A stretch of DNA of 32,000 nucleotides from Desulfobacteraceae bacterium (GCA_030632885.1 DAOVTW010000002.1:36056-68055); one strand, 5' to 3'; shown: positions 7,095 to 14,810, counted from the first letter of the stretch. Made by a program: numbers and translations. Notes: a model not told the origin generated them from the sequence alone.

Positions 7095-8963
7095 ATGTTA
7101 CTTGTACTTAAAGAGAATATAACTCAAGAGCAGAAAGAGTTATTAAAAAGGACATTAACAGATCAAAATTGTATTACGCGTGAAATAAGAGACATGGGTA
7201 AAGATGTAATCGGAGTTATTGGAAAGATTACAAAAGATATTGATTATTTTAAAAAGATGGATGGAATAGCTGATGTTGTTCCAATCAGCACACCATTTAA
7301 ATTTGTAAGCCGTGAATTTAAAAAAGAAGATACAAAAGTCAAGGTTGGCGATGTTGTTGTGGGTGGCGATAGGATAGTTATTATGGCAGGACCATGTGCT
7401 GTGGAAACTCTTGAACAGTGTATGTCCATCGCAAAATCAGTGAGACAATATGGAGGAGTCCTTTTTCGAGGCGGCGCCTATAAACCACGATCATCTCCCT
7501 ACTCTTTCCAGGGACTTGAAGAAGAAGGCTTGAAAATACTTGCCAAAGTCAGAGAAGAGACAGGTCTTGGAGTCGTCACTGAAATGACATCTCCTGTCCA
7601 GGCTGATCTGATGATGCAATATGTTGATGTTGTTCAGATTGGTGCCAGGAATATGCAGAACTTTGAATTGCTCAAATGTGTCGGTAAAATGGGAAAACCT
7701 GTTCTTTTAAAAAGAGGTCTTGCATCAACAATACAGGAATGGTTAATGTCTGCTGAATATATCGTATCTGAAGGAAATGAGAATGTAATATTATGTGAGC
7801 GGGGCATTAGAACATTTGAACCCTCCACTAGAAATACTCTGGATCTTTCTGCAATCCCTGTGTTAAAAAAATTGACACATCTTCCCATTATAATTGATCC
7901 AAGTCATGCAACAGGCATGAGAGAAAAAGTCAGCCCCATGGCAAGAGCAGCAATTGCAGCAGGCGCAGATGGATTAATGATTGAAGTTCATAATGATCCT
8001 GATAATGCTTTGTCAGACGGTCCCCAAAGCCTTTATCCCGAGCAGTTTGGTAAACTAACAAGAGATCTTTATGTTATTGCTCCTGTTGTTGGTAAACAAT
8101 TGGATTTTGATTACTTAAAAAAATCAGAGACAATGAAAAAATCAAATGGGAATGGTGCTGGAACAGCTACTTTTATAGGTGCGTTAGGGACTTATAGTCA
8201 TATAGCATCCATGCAGTATTTTGGTGATGATATCAAACCGCTTCCCAAGGAGACATTTAGAGATATTTTTAAAGCAGTTGATTCAGGAGATGCTGAATAT
8301 GGAGTGATTCCTTTGGAGAACTCACTTTCAGGTTCGATTCACGAAAACTATGACCTGCTCCAGGAATATGATCTTAAGATAATAGGGGAGATAAAAATTC
8401 GTATAGAGCATTCATTAATTGCCCAAAAAGGTGCAACTAAAGAATCAATTACCAAAGTGCTTTCGCCACCACCTGCTCTTTCCCAGTGCAAACATTATCT
8501 TGATCAACACCCTGATTATGAACAGATAATTGCAAAAGCTACAGCAAGTGCAGTAAAAACTGTCAGTGAATCTGATGATTTAACATTGGCTGCCATTGGA
8601 AGCAGTATGGCAGCAGATATTTTTAAAATGACAATCATTGATAAAGGGATAGAAGATAATCCAAGAAATTATACCAGGTTTGCAATTATATCCAAAAATC
8701 CTGAAACGCCTGCAAAGGGTACTAAATCTTCCATAATTTTTTCAACTATTAATAAACCAGGAGCATTATTTGGTGTTATGAAAGTGTTTTCAGATCATGA
8801 GATCAATCTTGTGAAACTTGAATCAAGACCAATTGCAGGAAAACCATGGAAATATATGTTCTATGCAGATTTAGAAACAAATATAGAAGATGATAAATCA
8901 AAGCAAGTGGTTAAAGTTATAGAAGAAAAAACTGATTATTATAGAGTCCTTGGAGTATACTGA
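7095..8963 (+). CDS. Fusion protein: ferredoxin-like regulatory domain + type I-beta DAHP synthase + prephenate dehydratase + ACT domain
   Basis: 622-aa continuous ORF with a strong RBS. The N-terminus MLLVLKENITQEQ...VIGVIG...FKFVSREFKKEDT resembles the Thermotoga-type DAHPS regulatory domain. Catalytic core: IMAGPCAVE, KPRSSPYSFQG, IDPSHATG. PDT half: FIGALGTYSHIAS, IPLENSLSGSIHENYDLL. ACT region: NKPGALFGVMKVFSDHEINLVKLESRP. No chorismate mutase segment recognised. Confidence 0.85.
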   Translation: MLLVLKENITQEQKELLKRTLTDQNCITREIRDMGKDVIGVIGKITKDIDYFKKMDGIADVVPISTPFKFVSREFKKEDTKVKVGDVVVGGDRIVIMAGPCAVETLEQCMSIAKSVRQYGGVLFRGGAYKPRSSPYSFQGLEEEGLKILAKVREETGLGVVTEMTSPVQADLMMQYVDVVQIGARNMQNFELLKCVGKMGKPVLLKRGLASTIQEWLMSAEYIVSEGNENVILCERGIRTFEPSTRNTLDLSAIPVLKKLTHLPIIIDPSHATGMREKVSPMARAAIAAGADGLMIEVHNDPDNALSDGPQSLYPEQFGKLTRDLYVIAPVVGKQLDFDYLKKSETMKKSNGNGAGTATFIGALGTYSHIASMQYFGDDIKPLPKETFRDIFKAVDSGDAEYGVIPLENSLSGSIHENYDLLQEYDLKIIGEIKIRIEHSLIAQKGATKESITKVLSPPPALSQCKHYLDQHPDYEQIIAKATASAVKTVSESDDLTLAAIGSSMAADIFKMTIIDKGIEDNPRNYTRFAIISKNPETPAKGTKSSIIFSTINKPGALFGVMKVFSDHEINLVKLESRPIAGKPWKYMFYADLETNIEDDKSKQVVKVIEEKTDYYRVLGVY

Positions 8964-8968
8964 AGATA

Positions 8969-9040
8969 GCAAATTTACCAATGAAGTTTGCCCAAAGATT
9001 TTATTATTTTGGACAAGCTTCATTGCAAGTAAAATTGATT
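8969..9040 (+). repeat. Copy A of a 72-nt repeat containing a long imperfect hairpin
   Basis: Ungapped hand alignment with 14947-15018 gives 58/72 identities, including the exact 16-mer ACAAGCTTCATTGCAA. The internal arms 8979-8996 / 9008-9025 pair over about 18 bp (one mismatch, one G-U). It begins 6 nt after the fusion-gene stop. Confidence 0.7.
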
Positions 9041-9068
9041 TTTCCTTGAAAAAGCAGACATATTTTTC

Positions 9069-9098
9069 TTGACAAAAAGCGCCTTCCTGCCCTATAAT
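9069..9098 (+). promoter_or_regulatory. Near-consensus sigma70 promoter TTGACA-18 nt-TATAAT for the NifU-like operon
   Basis: TTGACA 9069-9074 and TATAAT 9093-9098. The -35 box is part of a direct repeat: CTTGAAAAAGC (9045-9055) / CTTGACAAAAAGC (9068-9080). Confidence 0.55.
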
Positions 9099-9168
9099 TA
9101 AAGTTTATAATCATGGCACGGTCTTTGCTTTATATCCTCTGTGTCCATGCGTTTTGGAAGGAATTATC

Positions 9169-9579
9169 ATGCACCAGGATCATACTGATTTTTTAAACAC
9201 CCATTCATTAAATTATATTGAAATGGCCTTAAGCACTGACAGAGTTGAAAGGATTACTCATCCGGATGGATACGGCAAAAGGACTGGACAGTGTGGGGAT
9301 ACGGCTGAATTTTTTTTGATCTGCAAAGACAATATACTGCAATCGGTCTCTTTTAATGTTTGCGGTTGCATGAATACAACCGCTTGTTGCAATACGGTTT
9401 CAATGAAGGTCACGGGAAAAACGATTGATGCCGCATGGAAAATTTCACCCGAAGAGGTGGACCGGTTTTTAGAGACACTTCCGGAAGATCATTTTCATTG
9501 TGCCGAACTTGCAGTGGGTGCATTATATCTCGCATTGACGGATATAAACGGCAATAAATTAGAACAATTAAAGGACTAA
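9169..9579 (+). CDS. NifU N-terminal/IscU-like Fe-S scaffold-family protein (copy 1)
   Basis: GQCGDTAEFFL, VCGCMNTTACC and HCAELAVGAL follow the IscU three-Cys layout. I prefer ATG 9169 (GGAAGG RBS) over the tracked TTG 9154. Confidence 0.7.
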   Translation: MHQDHTDFLNTHSLNYIEMALSTDRVERITHPDGYGKRTGQCGDTAEFFLICKDNILQSVSFNVCGCMNTTACCNTVSMKVTGKTIDAAWKISPEEVDRFLETLPEDHFHCAELAVGALYLALTDINGNKLEQLKD

Positions 9580-9590
9580 AGGAGAAACAA

Positions 9591-9845
9591 ATGCCCCTAT
9601 ATGAATTTAAATGTGAGGACTGTGGCAGGCTAACAGAAATCCTCATTTTCGGGACAAAGGATCAGCCTTCCTGCCAATCCTGCGGCAGCACAAATATGAC
9701 AAAACAGATGTCAGCCCCTTCTACTATGTCGGGTCCGACCAAAAATGCCATGCCAGGATTAAAAGATACGGCCTGCTGCGGGTCATCGCCAGGAAAAGCC
9801 GAAGGGTGTGCAGGACCCGGTAGTTGCTGCGGGAAGCAATTTTAA
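9591..9845 (+). CDS. FmdB-family zinc-ribbon protein with a Cys/Gly-rich tail
   Basis: MPLYEFKCEDCG...SCQSCGS (CxxC...CxxC) plus the tail TACCGSSPGKAEGCAGPGSCCGKQF. Confidence 0.75.
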   Translation: MPLYEFKCEDCGRLTEILIFGTKDQPSCQSCGSTNMTKQMSAPSTMSGPTKNAMPGLKDTACCGSSPGKAEGCAGPGSCCGKQF

Positions 9846-9847
9846 TC

Positions 9848-10291
9848 ATGGACCAACTGGATGAATTTGTTGATAACCTTCAAAATCAGATCTTTGAAGA
9901 AGCAAAACAGGCCCTTGGTGAAAAAGGATTTGACCGATGGCGCAATCCAAAATGGAATGGAAAAATTGAAAACCCGGACGGTTATGCCAGGGTAATAGGC
10001 GAATGCGGTGATACCATGGAGATCTTTTTAAAATTTGAAAATAACCGGGTCTCAAAAGCATCCTATTTTACCGATGGGTGTGCCTCAAGCATGGTCAGTG
10101 GTTCCTTTGCAGCTGAACTGACCTTGGGTCGGGATCCTGATGACCTATCCGATATCACCGCAGAAACTGTATTAGCTGCTATCGGACGACTGCCGAAAGA
10201 AGATCAGCATTGTGCAAGCCTTGCGGCACGGACTGTGCAAGAAGCATTAACCCATTACATGTCAGGTCTTGTAAAAAAGACAAAGGAATAA
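9848..10291 (+). CDS. NifU N-terminal/IscU-like Fe-S scaffold-family protein (copy 2)
   Basis: GECGDTMEIFL, DGCASSMVSGS, HCASLAARTV. ATG 9848 lies 2 nt after the zinc-ribbon stop; the tracked TTG 9824 would overlap that gene. Confidence 0.7.
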   Translation: MDQLDEFVDNLQNQIFEEAKQALGEKGFDRWRNPKWNGKIENPDGYARVIGECGDTMEIFLKFENNRVSKASYFTDGCASSMVSGSFAAELTLGRDPDDLSDITAETVLAAIGRLPKEDQHCASLAARTVQEALTHYMSGLVKKTKE

Positions 10292-10306
10292 ACCAAAAGG
10301 ATAAGC

Positions 10307-10828
10307 ATGGCCATATATCAATATGGTAAAAGAATTCCGCAAATCGGAAAAAACTCATACATCAGCGATTCTGCAAGAGTCATTGGTGATGTTACCATAA
10401 GTGATAATTGTTATATTGGTCATGGCGCCATTGTCAGGGGAGATTATGGTAAGATTATCATTGGATACGGAAGCGCCATAGAAGAGAATGCCATTCTTCA
10501 TATCAGACCCGACGGCATTCTTGAACTGGAAGACAGTGTAACTGTCGGTCACGGGGCTATTATCCACGGCAAGACCATTAAATCCCATGCCGTAATCGGA
10601 ATCGGCTCTGTCATCGGCTTTGATGTGGTGATTGGTACCTGGGCCATTGTGGCTGAAGGCTGTGTCATCCCTCAAAAATCTGTTGTTCCCGATGAAAAAA
10701 TAGCTGGCGGAGTGCCGTTTGAAATTATCGGCGATGTCGAAAAACGGCATAAGGATTTTTGGACTTATGGAAAACAGCTTTATGTTGACCTTGCCCGGGA
10801 ATATCCTGGCAAATTTAAAAAACTCTAA
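10307..10828 (+). CDS. Left-handed beta-helix (hexapeptide repeat) protein, gamma-carbonic anhydrase / CaiE / PaaY family
   Basis: 173 aa with repeated hexapeptide-like units (VIGDVTISDNCYIGHGAIVRGD..., VTVGHGAIIHG..., VIGIGSVIG...). Confidence 0.75.
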   Translation: MAIYQYGKRIPQIGKNSYISDSARVIGDVTISDNCYIGHGAIVRGDYGKIIIGYGSAIEENAILHIRPDGILELEDSVTVGHGAIIHGKTIKSHAVIGIGSVIGFDVVIGTWAIVAEGCVIPQKSVVPDEKIAGGVPFEIIGDVEKRHKDFWTYGKQLYVDLAREYPGKFKKL

Positions 10829-10846
10829 CCCTTCCCCTTTTTCTCC

Positions 10847-11149
10847 ATGGAAATAATCATAGACACAAGCCAGCACTGTATCAAAACAGGTTCCAAAAAA
10901 GAATATGAACGCCTGATCCGGCAATATTTTAAAGCCGGCTTGTGTGAAAAAGAAAAAAGCATCATGGAACAACAGATAGAGGCTTTAATCTATTTTCTTG
11001 AAAATGTTGATTTTTCAGACCTCAGGAATCAGTATCACAAAATTGGTCCATCCGGAAAATCATCAGTTCTGGTCTTCCCCCAAACATTAAAAGAAATGTA
11101 TATCCGGTTTGATCAAAGAATATTGTCCCCGATTTGGAAAAAAAGATAG
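10847..11149 (+). CDS. Hypothetical protein, 100 aa, no recognisable domain
   Basis: ORF in operon context only; no clear RBS seen. Confidence 0.4.
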   Translation: MEIIIDTSQHCIKTGSKKEYERLIRQYFKAGLCEKEKSIMEQQIEALIYFLENVDFSDLRNQYHKIGPSGKSSVLVFPQTLKEMYIRFDQRILSPIWKKR

Positions 11150-11262
11150 CATCAAAAACCTGTTGTCTTTCCTTACATTATCTGAAATAATTGACCTTTT
11201 TTAGCTTTGAATCAAAGGTTAGATTTCATTGCGGTCAACAATTTAAAAAAGGATGTTTCATC

Positions 11263-12042
11263 ATGAAATTTGAACAGGTGATCGTTGAAAAAAAAGAAAC
11301 TCATGTCGCTACCCTGACCTTGAACCGTCCGGACAGCATGAACACCTTCAGCAGCAAAATGGCCTTAGAACTAAAAGAGGCATTATGCGAACTGGATGCC
11401 GACCCTTCCATCCGGGTCATTCTTTTAAAAGGGGCAGGCAAAGCTTTTTGCGCCGGGATTGATGTGAATGAACTTGAAGGGAAAACCGGCATTGAATATC
11501 AGAAATGGATCGAGCATATGGAGGCGCCGCTGGTGACCATGTCTAAAATCAAAACCCCGGTTATTGCGCAGCTCCACGGGGTTGCCGCAGCCAACGGCAT
11601 GGGACTCATTGCTGCAGCCGACCTTGTCATTGCTGAAGATAATTCTCGAATGGGACTCACCGCCATCAACGTGGGTCTTAATTGCGTCGGCCCTGTCATT
11701 CCGGTGGCTAGATGCGTGGGCCGCAAAAAAGCTCTGGAACTTCTGTTTTACGGTAAACTCATCAAGGCAGAGGAAGCCCTGGCACTTGGTCTGATCAATA
11801 AGATCGTCCCAAAAGACGAACTCGACTCAAAGGCTCTGGAATGGGCAAAAGAACTTGCACAAAAAAGTCCCTTAGCGGTTCAGATTGCTAAATCTGCCTT
11901 TTATCAATCAGAAGACATGAGTTATGCAGATCAGTTTGCTTATATGAACGAAGCCTTTGCACGCCTTTGCACCACGGATGATGCAAAAGAAGGTGTCAGG
12001 GCATTCTTTGAAAAACGCACTCCTGTCTGGCAGGAAAAATAA
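11263..12042 (+). CDS. Enoyl-CoA hydratase/isomerase (crotonase) family protein
   Basis: LNRPDSMNTF, GAGKAFCAGIDV, LHGVAAANGMGLIAAADLVIA. I prefer ATG 11263 with an AAGGA RBS over the tracked upstream start 11191. Confidence 0.85.
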   Translation: MKFEQVIVEKKETHVATLTLNRPDSMNTFSSKMALELKEALCELDADPSIRVILLKGAGKAFCAGIDVNELEGKTGIEYQKWIEHMEAPLVTMSKIKTPVIAQLHGVAAANGMGLIAAADLVIAEDNSRMGLTAINVGLNCVGPVIPVARCVGRKKALELLFYGKLIKAEEALALGLINKIVPKDELDSKALEWAKELAQKSPLAVQIAKSAFYQSEDMSYADQFAYMNEAFARLCTTDDAKEGVRAFFEKRTPVWQEK

Positions 12043-12044
12043 TA

Positions 12045-12944
12045 TTAGCGAATTGGTGACACAGGGTTTTCAATTTCCTTTAGTATTTTTTTTAATGCTA
12101 TTGGGATGCATTTGATAATCTCATCGACCTGGGTGGCAGGTGTCGGGTTTGCATAATACCCTGCAAGCCTGTTAACTTTTGCAGCAATTTTTGCAGCCTT
12201 GGGAATTTTCATTCCAGTTCCAATAAGGGCAGTTACAATACCTGTAAGTGTATCCCCTGTTCCCCCAATGGCTTCCATGGTCTCTGTTGCCGGGCTGTTA
12301 ACAGAAAACATGATACCATTTTCATCTGCAATATAATCTGTTGATCCTTTAACAAGCAGGTGTTTTGCGGCATTTTCATGGAAATAAGCACGAGTGATAA
12401 GATCAGGAATTTTATTGTTTTTGTGTAAAATAAACCCTCTGGTGTAAAATGGATGAGGAGCTTTTTCATCAGCAAGAAAGGCAAGTTCTCCAACATCGGG
12501 GGTGAAAAGATCATATGAAGTTGCAAGGCCACTCATTTTGGCTGCATACATGAATCCAGCGTCTGCAATTATAACAGGCTTTTTTTTCAAATCGTTGAGC
12601 TTAAACAGAATTTTGTTGTGCCAGTCAACATCAGGTTGGAGGTAATGAAACACAATAACATCAATATCCATATGAGGAATATTTTCAACAAGATATTGAT
12701 ATAATTTGGAGCTTCCATTTCCAAGCCCAATATCGCCGGCAATAAATCCTGTGGTGTCCTGAATGTTATCAGTTGATGGGCTAAGTGTGTTTAGTGTGGT
12801 AACCATTGCACCCAAGAGTGCTGGTGTTCCACGATTTGTCAGGAGATTTTTCCCATTAATACATAGCTGACCATCAATCATATTAATATTGCCTGTTGTC
12901 AAAGGAAAATCCTGATCAGTAACAGTGCCTACAACTGCTAACAT
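12045..12944 (-). CDS. Ribokinase-fold protein resembling the YjeF C-terminal domain (ADP/ATP-dependent NAD(P)H-hydrate dehydratase/carbohydrate kinase family); function unknown
   Basis: 299 aa with LFTPDVGELAFL, LLVKGSTDYI and GGTGDTLTGIV motifs. The N-terminal third is not recognisable. The start overlaps the upstream stop (ATGTTAG, 12938-12944). Confidence 0.55.
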   Translation of the reverse strand: MLAVVGTVTDQDFPLTTGNINMIDGQLCINGKNLLTNRGTPALLGAMVTTLNTLSPSTDNIQDTTGFIAGDIGLGNGSSKLYQYLVENIPHMDIDVIVFHYLQPDVDWHNKILFKLNDLKKKPVIIADAGFMYAAKMSGLATSYDLFTPDVGELAFLADEKAPHPFYTRGFILHKNNKIPDLITRAYFHENAAKHLLVKGSTDYIADENGIMFSVNSPATETMEAIGGTGDTLTGIVTALIGTGMKIPKAAKIAAKVNRLAGYYANPTPATQVDEIIKCIPIALKKILKEIENPVSPIR

Positions 12945-13471
12945 TGTTTTTTTATCTCCTCAAAGGCAAGCCCAAGAGCATAGCCACAAAGTGTATGCCC
13001 GATTTCAAGGGGGTCAGGTGCCTGTGCCAGAGTTTTTCCTACCATTTTACAAGCAAGATATGGTACATCTGGGCATCCGCCTCCTGAAATATTTACAATT
13101 AATTGAGTTTCTATTTCTATTGTGATTTTCATATTTGCGGCTCTGACCATTAAAAACGCCCCGAAATTTTTTACATGGAACAGATCCACTGGTATGAGTA
13201 AAGGGTCTGTGACAGGAACTATTTGCTGAGGAGAAATATCTGCTTTTTTTAAAAGCCGTAAAATATTCAGTTCTTTAATAAGTTCAAATTCAATAACAAG
13301 GTCGCATCCTGTCTGAATTCCAGGGGGAGGACCCATTACTCGTATTTTGACATTATTTGACTTTAAGGTCTTTTCAGCCTGAATGACTTCACTGGTGTTT
13401 TCGAACACCAGTATGCCAAGACCTTCCTTTGATAAAATAGTGTCTTTTTTGTTTTTAAATATACTTAGCAT
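12938..13471 (-). CDS. DUF3343 (putative Se/S carrier)-like N-terminal domain fused to an unrecognised Cys-containing C-terminal domain
   Basis: GILVFENTSEVIQAEKTLKSNNVKIRVMGPPPGIQTGCDLVIEF fits the DUF3343 pattern. The C-terminal roughly 100 aa carries GGGCPDVPYLAC, LCGY and a terminal KKQC. Confidence 0.6.
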   Translation of the reverse strand: MLSIFKNKKDTILSKEGLGILVFENTSEVIQAEKTLKSNNVKIRVMGPPPGIQTGCDLVIEFELIKELNILRLLKKADISPQQIVPVTDPLLIPVDLFHVKNFGAFLMVRAANMKITIEIETQLIVNISGGGCPDVPYLACKMVGKTLAQAPDPLEIGHTLCGYALGLAFEEIKKQC

Positions 13472-13494
13472 GTTAAAAAAAATTATATTTACTA

Positions 13495-13713
13495 TTAATC
13501 CTTAATAAGAGTAATTTTATATTCATCCCCTTGTTGTTCAATGTCCTTAATTGTATATTTTTTGTTTTCAGCTGCTCTTGATACATTTTCCTTTGATGCA
13601 TCAGTGTCAGTAAAAACTATTATTTCATTTTCATTGCCTGATTTCACAGCATCCATAAACATTAAAACTGGCTGAGGACAGGAAAGCCCTCTTGTATCAA
13701 TTGTTGTACTCAC
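13495..13713 (-). CDS. TusA/SirA-family sulfur carrier protein
   Basis: 72 aa with the TIDTRGLSCPQPVLM CPxP active-site motif and typical length. Confidence 0.85.
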   Translation of the reverse strand: MSTTIDTRGLSCPQPVLMFMDAVKSGNENEIIVFTDTDASKENVSRAAENKKYTIKDIEQQGDEYKITLIKD

Positions 13714-13724
13714 AATTAAACTCC

Positions 13725-14810
13725 TTATATTTTTTTTCTCATTGTAAACCCAATGAATAAACAGATTACAAGCCCGACTACCACAGCCGTTACCCCATGC
13801 GGACCAACACCTTTTGGCGAACTTGCTAACCCGAAATTGTGTGCAATTGCAGCTCCCATGATCATTCCCAGAACAAAAATTGCAGCATCCCCATCACCTT
13901 CACCGGAAAGGAAAAGTTGACGCCCAGGACAACCTCCGGCAAGCGCAAATGCAAGACCTGCAAGCACCATCCCTGCAAAATTCCAGATATGCATTGCATG
14001 AGCAACCGGCTGGCCGGTGAATCCCGGGTTAAATTGACCAAAAACAAAGTTTGTAATAAATGCAAAGACCACTAATGCTATCACTCCAGAAAAAAGATGC
14101 ATTTGTCGGAATAAAATCAGATCTCTGAAAGCACCCATGGTACAGAATCTGCTTCTCTGGGCAATAAAACCGATAAACAGACCAGCTCCAAGGGATAGCA
14201 ACAATGGTGCATGCATGGCTCCAGGACCTTTAAGGCTGTAAAATAACACTCCTGCTTTGTTCTCGCCAGCAAGCTGAGGATAAATAAGCATCAAGCATAG
14301 AAGACCAAGCATTAGAAGAGGTAAAAGCAGACCTGCACTTTTATGTGTCGGCTTACTTTGTCCTAAGTTGTATCCATTTTTTAAAAATTGAACACCTATC
14401 CAGATACCACCTGCAAGTCCAATTAGACCTATGATTGCATTTCCGTCTCCACCGGCAAGGCGTAGAAGCGCCCGCCAGGGGCAGCCTAAAAATACAAGTG
14501 CCCCAATCATTGCAAACATGCCAAGAGTAAACCTGACAATGGGAGCTGAACCTGAACGAGGTTTAAATTCTTTAAAACTGAAAGCTGCGACCAAGGCACC
14601 TAAAACAAACCCAATAATTTCCGGGCGGATATATTGTACAACACCTGCTCTGTGAAGTCCTATTGCTCCTGCAATGTCTCTTTCAAAACACGCAACACAA
14701 ATTCCCATATTCCCGGGGTTTCCAAATTTTTGCAGCAACCCGGCTAAAACACCAATAATTGCACCAACACAGATAACCCCCCATCTGGTGGCAAAAAAGT
14801 TTTTTATCAT
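13725..14810 (-). CDS. YeeE/YedE-family membrane protein (sulfur/selenium compound transport family)
   Basis: 361 aa, polytopic. Cys motifs GICVACFERD, LGCPWR, RFCTMGAF, GGCPGRQ. AAGGAA RBS. Confidence 0.8.
   Translation of the reverse strand: MIKNFFATRWGVICVGAIIGVLAGLLQKFGNPGNMGICVACFERDIAGAIGLHRAGVVQYIRPEIIGFVLGALVAAFSFKEFKPRSGSAPIVRFTLGMFAMIGALVFLGCPWRALLRLAGGDGNAIIGLIGLAGGIWIGVQFLKNGYNLGQSKPTHKSAGLLLPLLMLGLLCLMLIYPQLAGENKAGVLFYSLKGPGAMHAPLLLSLGAGLFIGFIAQRSRFCTMGAFRDLILFRQMHLFSGVIALVVFAFITNFVFGQFNPGFTGQPVAHAMHIWNFAGMVLAGLAFALAGGCPGRQLFLSGEGDGDAAIFVLGMIMGAAIAHNFGLASSPKGVGPHGVTAVVVGLVICLFIGFTMRKKI

Noticed and set aside
10355-10972. 205-aa minus-strand ORF
   Set aside because: It is entirely antisense to the well-supported LbH gene and the following ORF, has no recognisable motifs, and is a typical shadow ORF in a GC-richer stretch.
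9154-14810. Selenocysteine recoding (in-frame TGA plus downstream hairpin) in the NifU-like, TusA-like, DUF3343-like or YeeE-like genes
   Set aside because: All of these ORFs are continuous with Cys at the expected positions. I saw no pair of adjacent same-frame ORFs split by a TGA.
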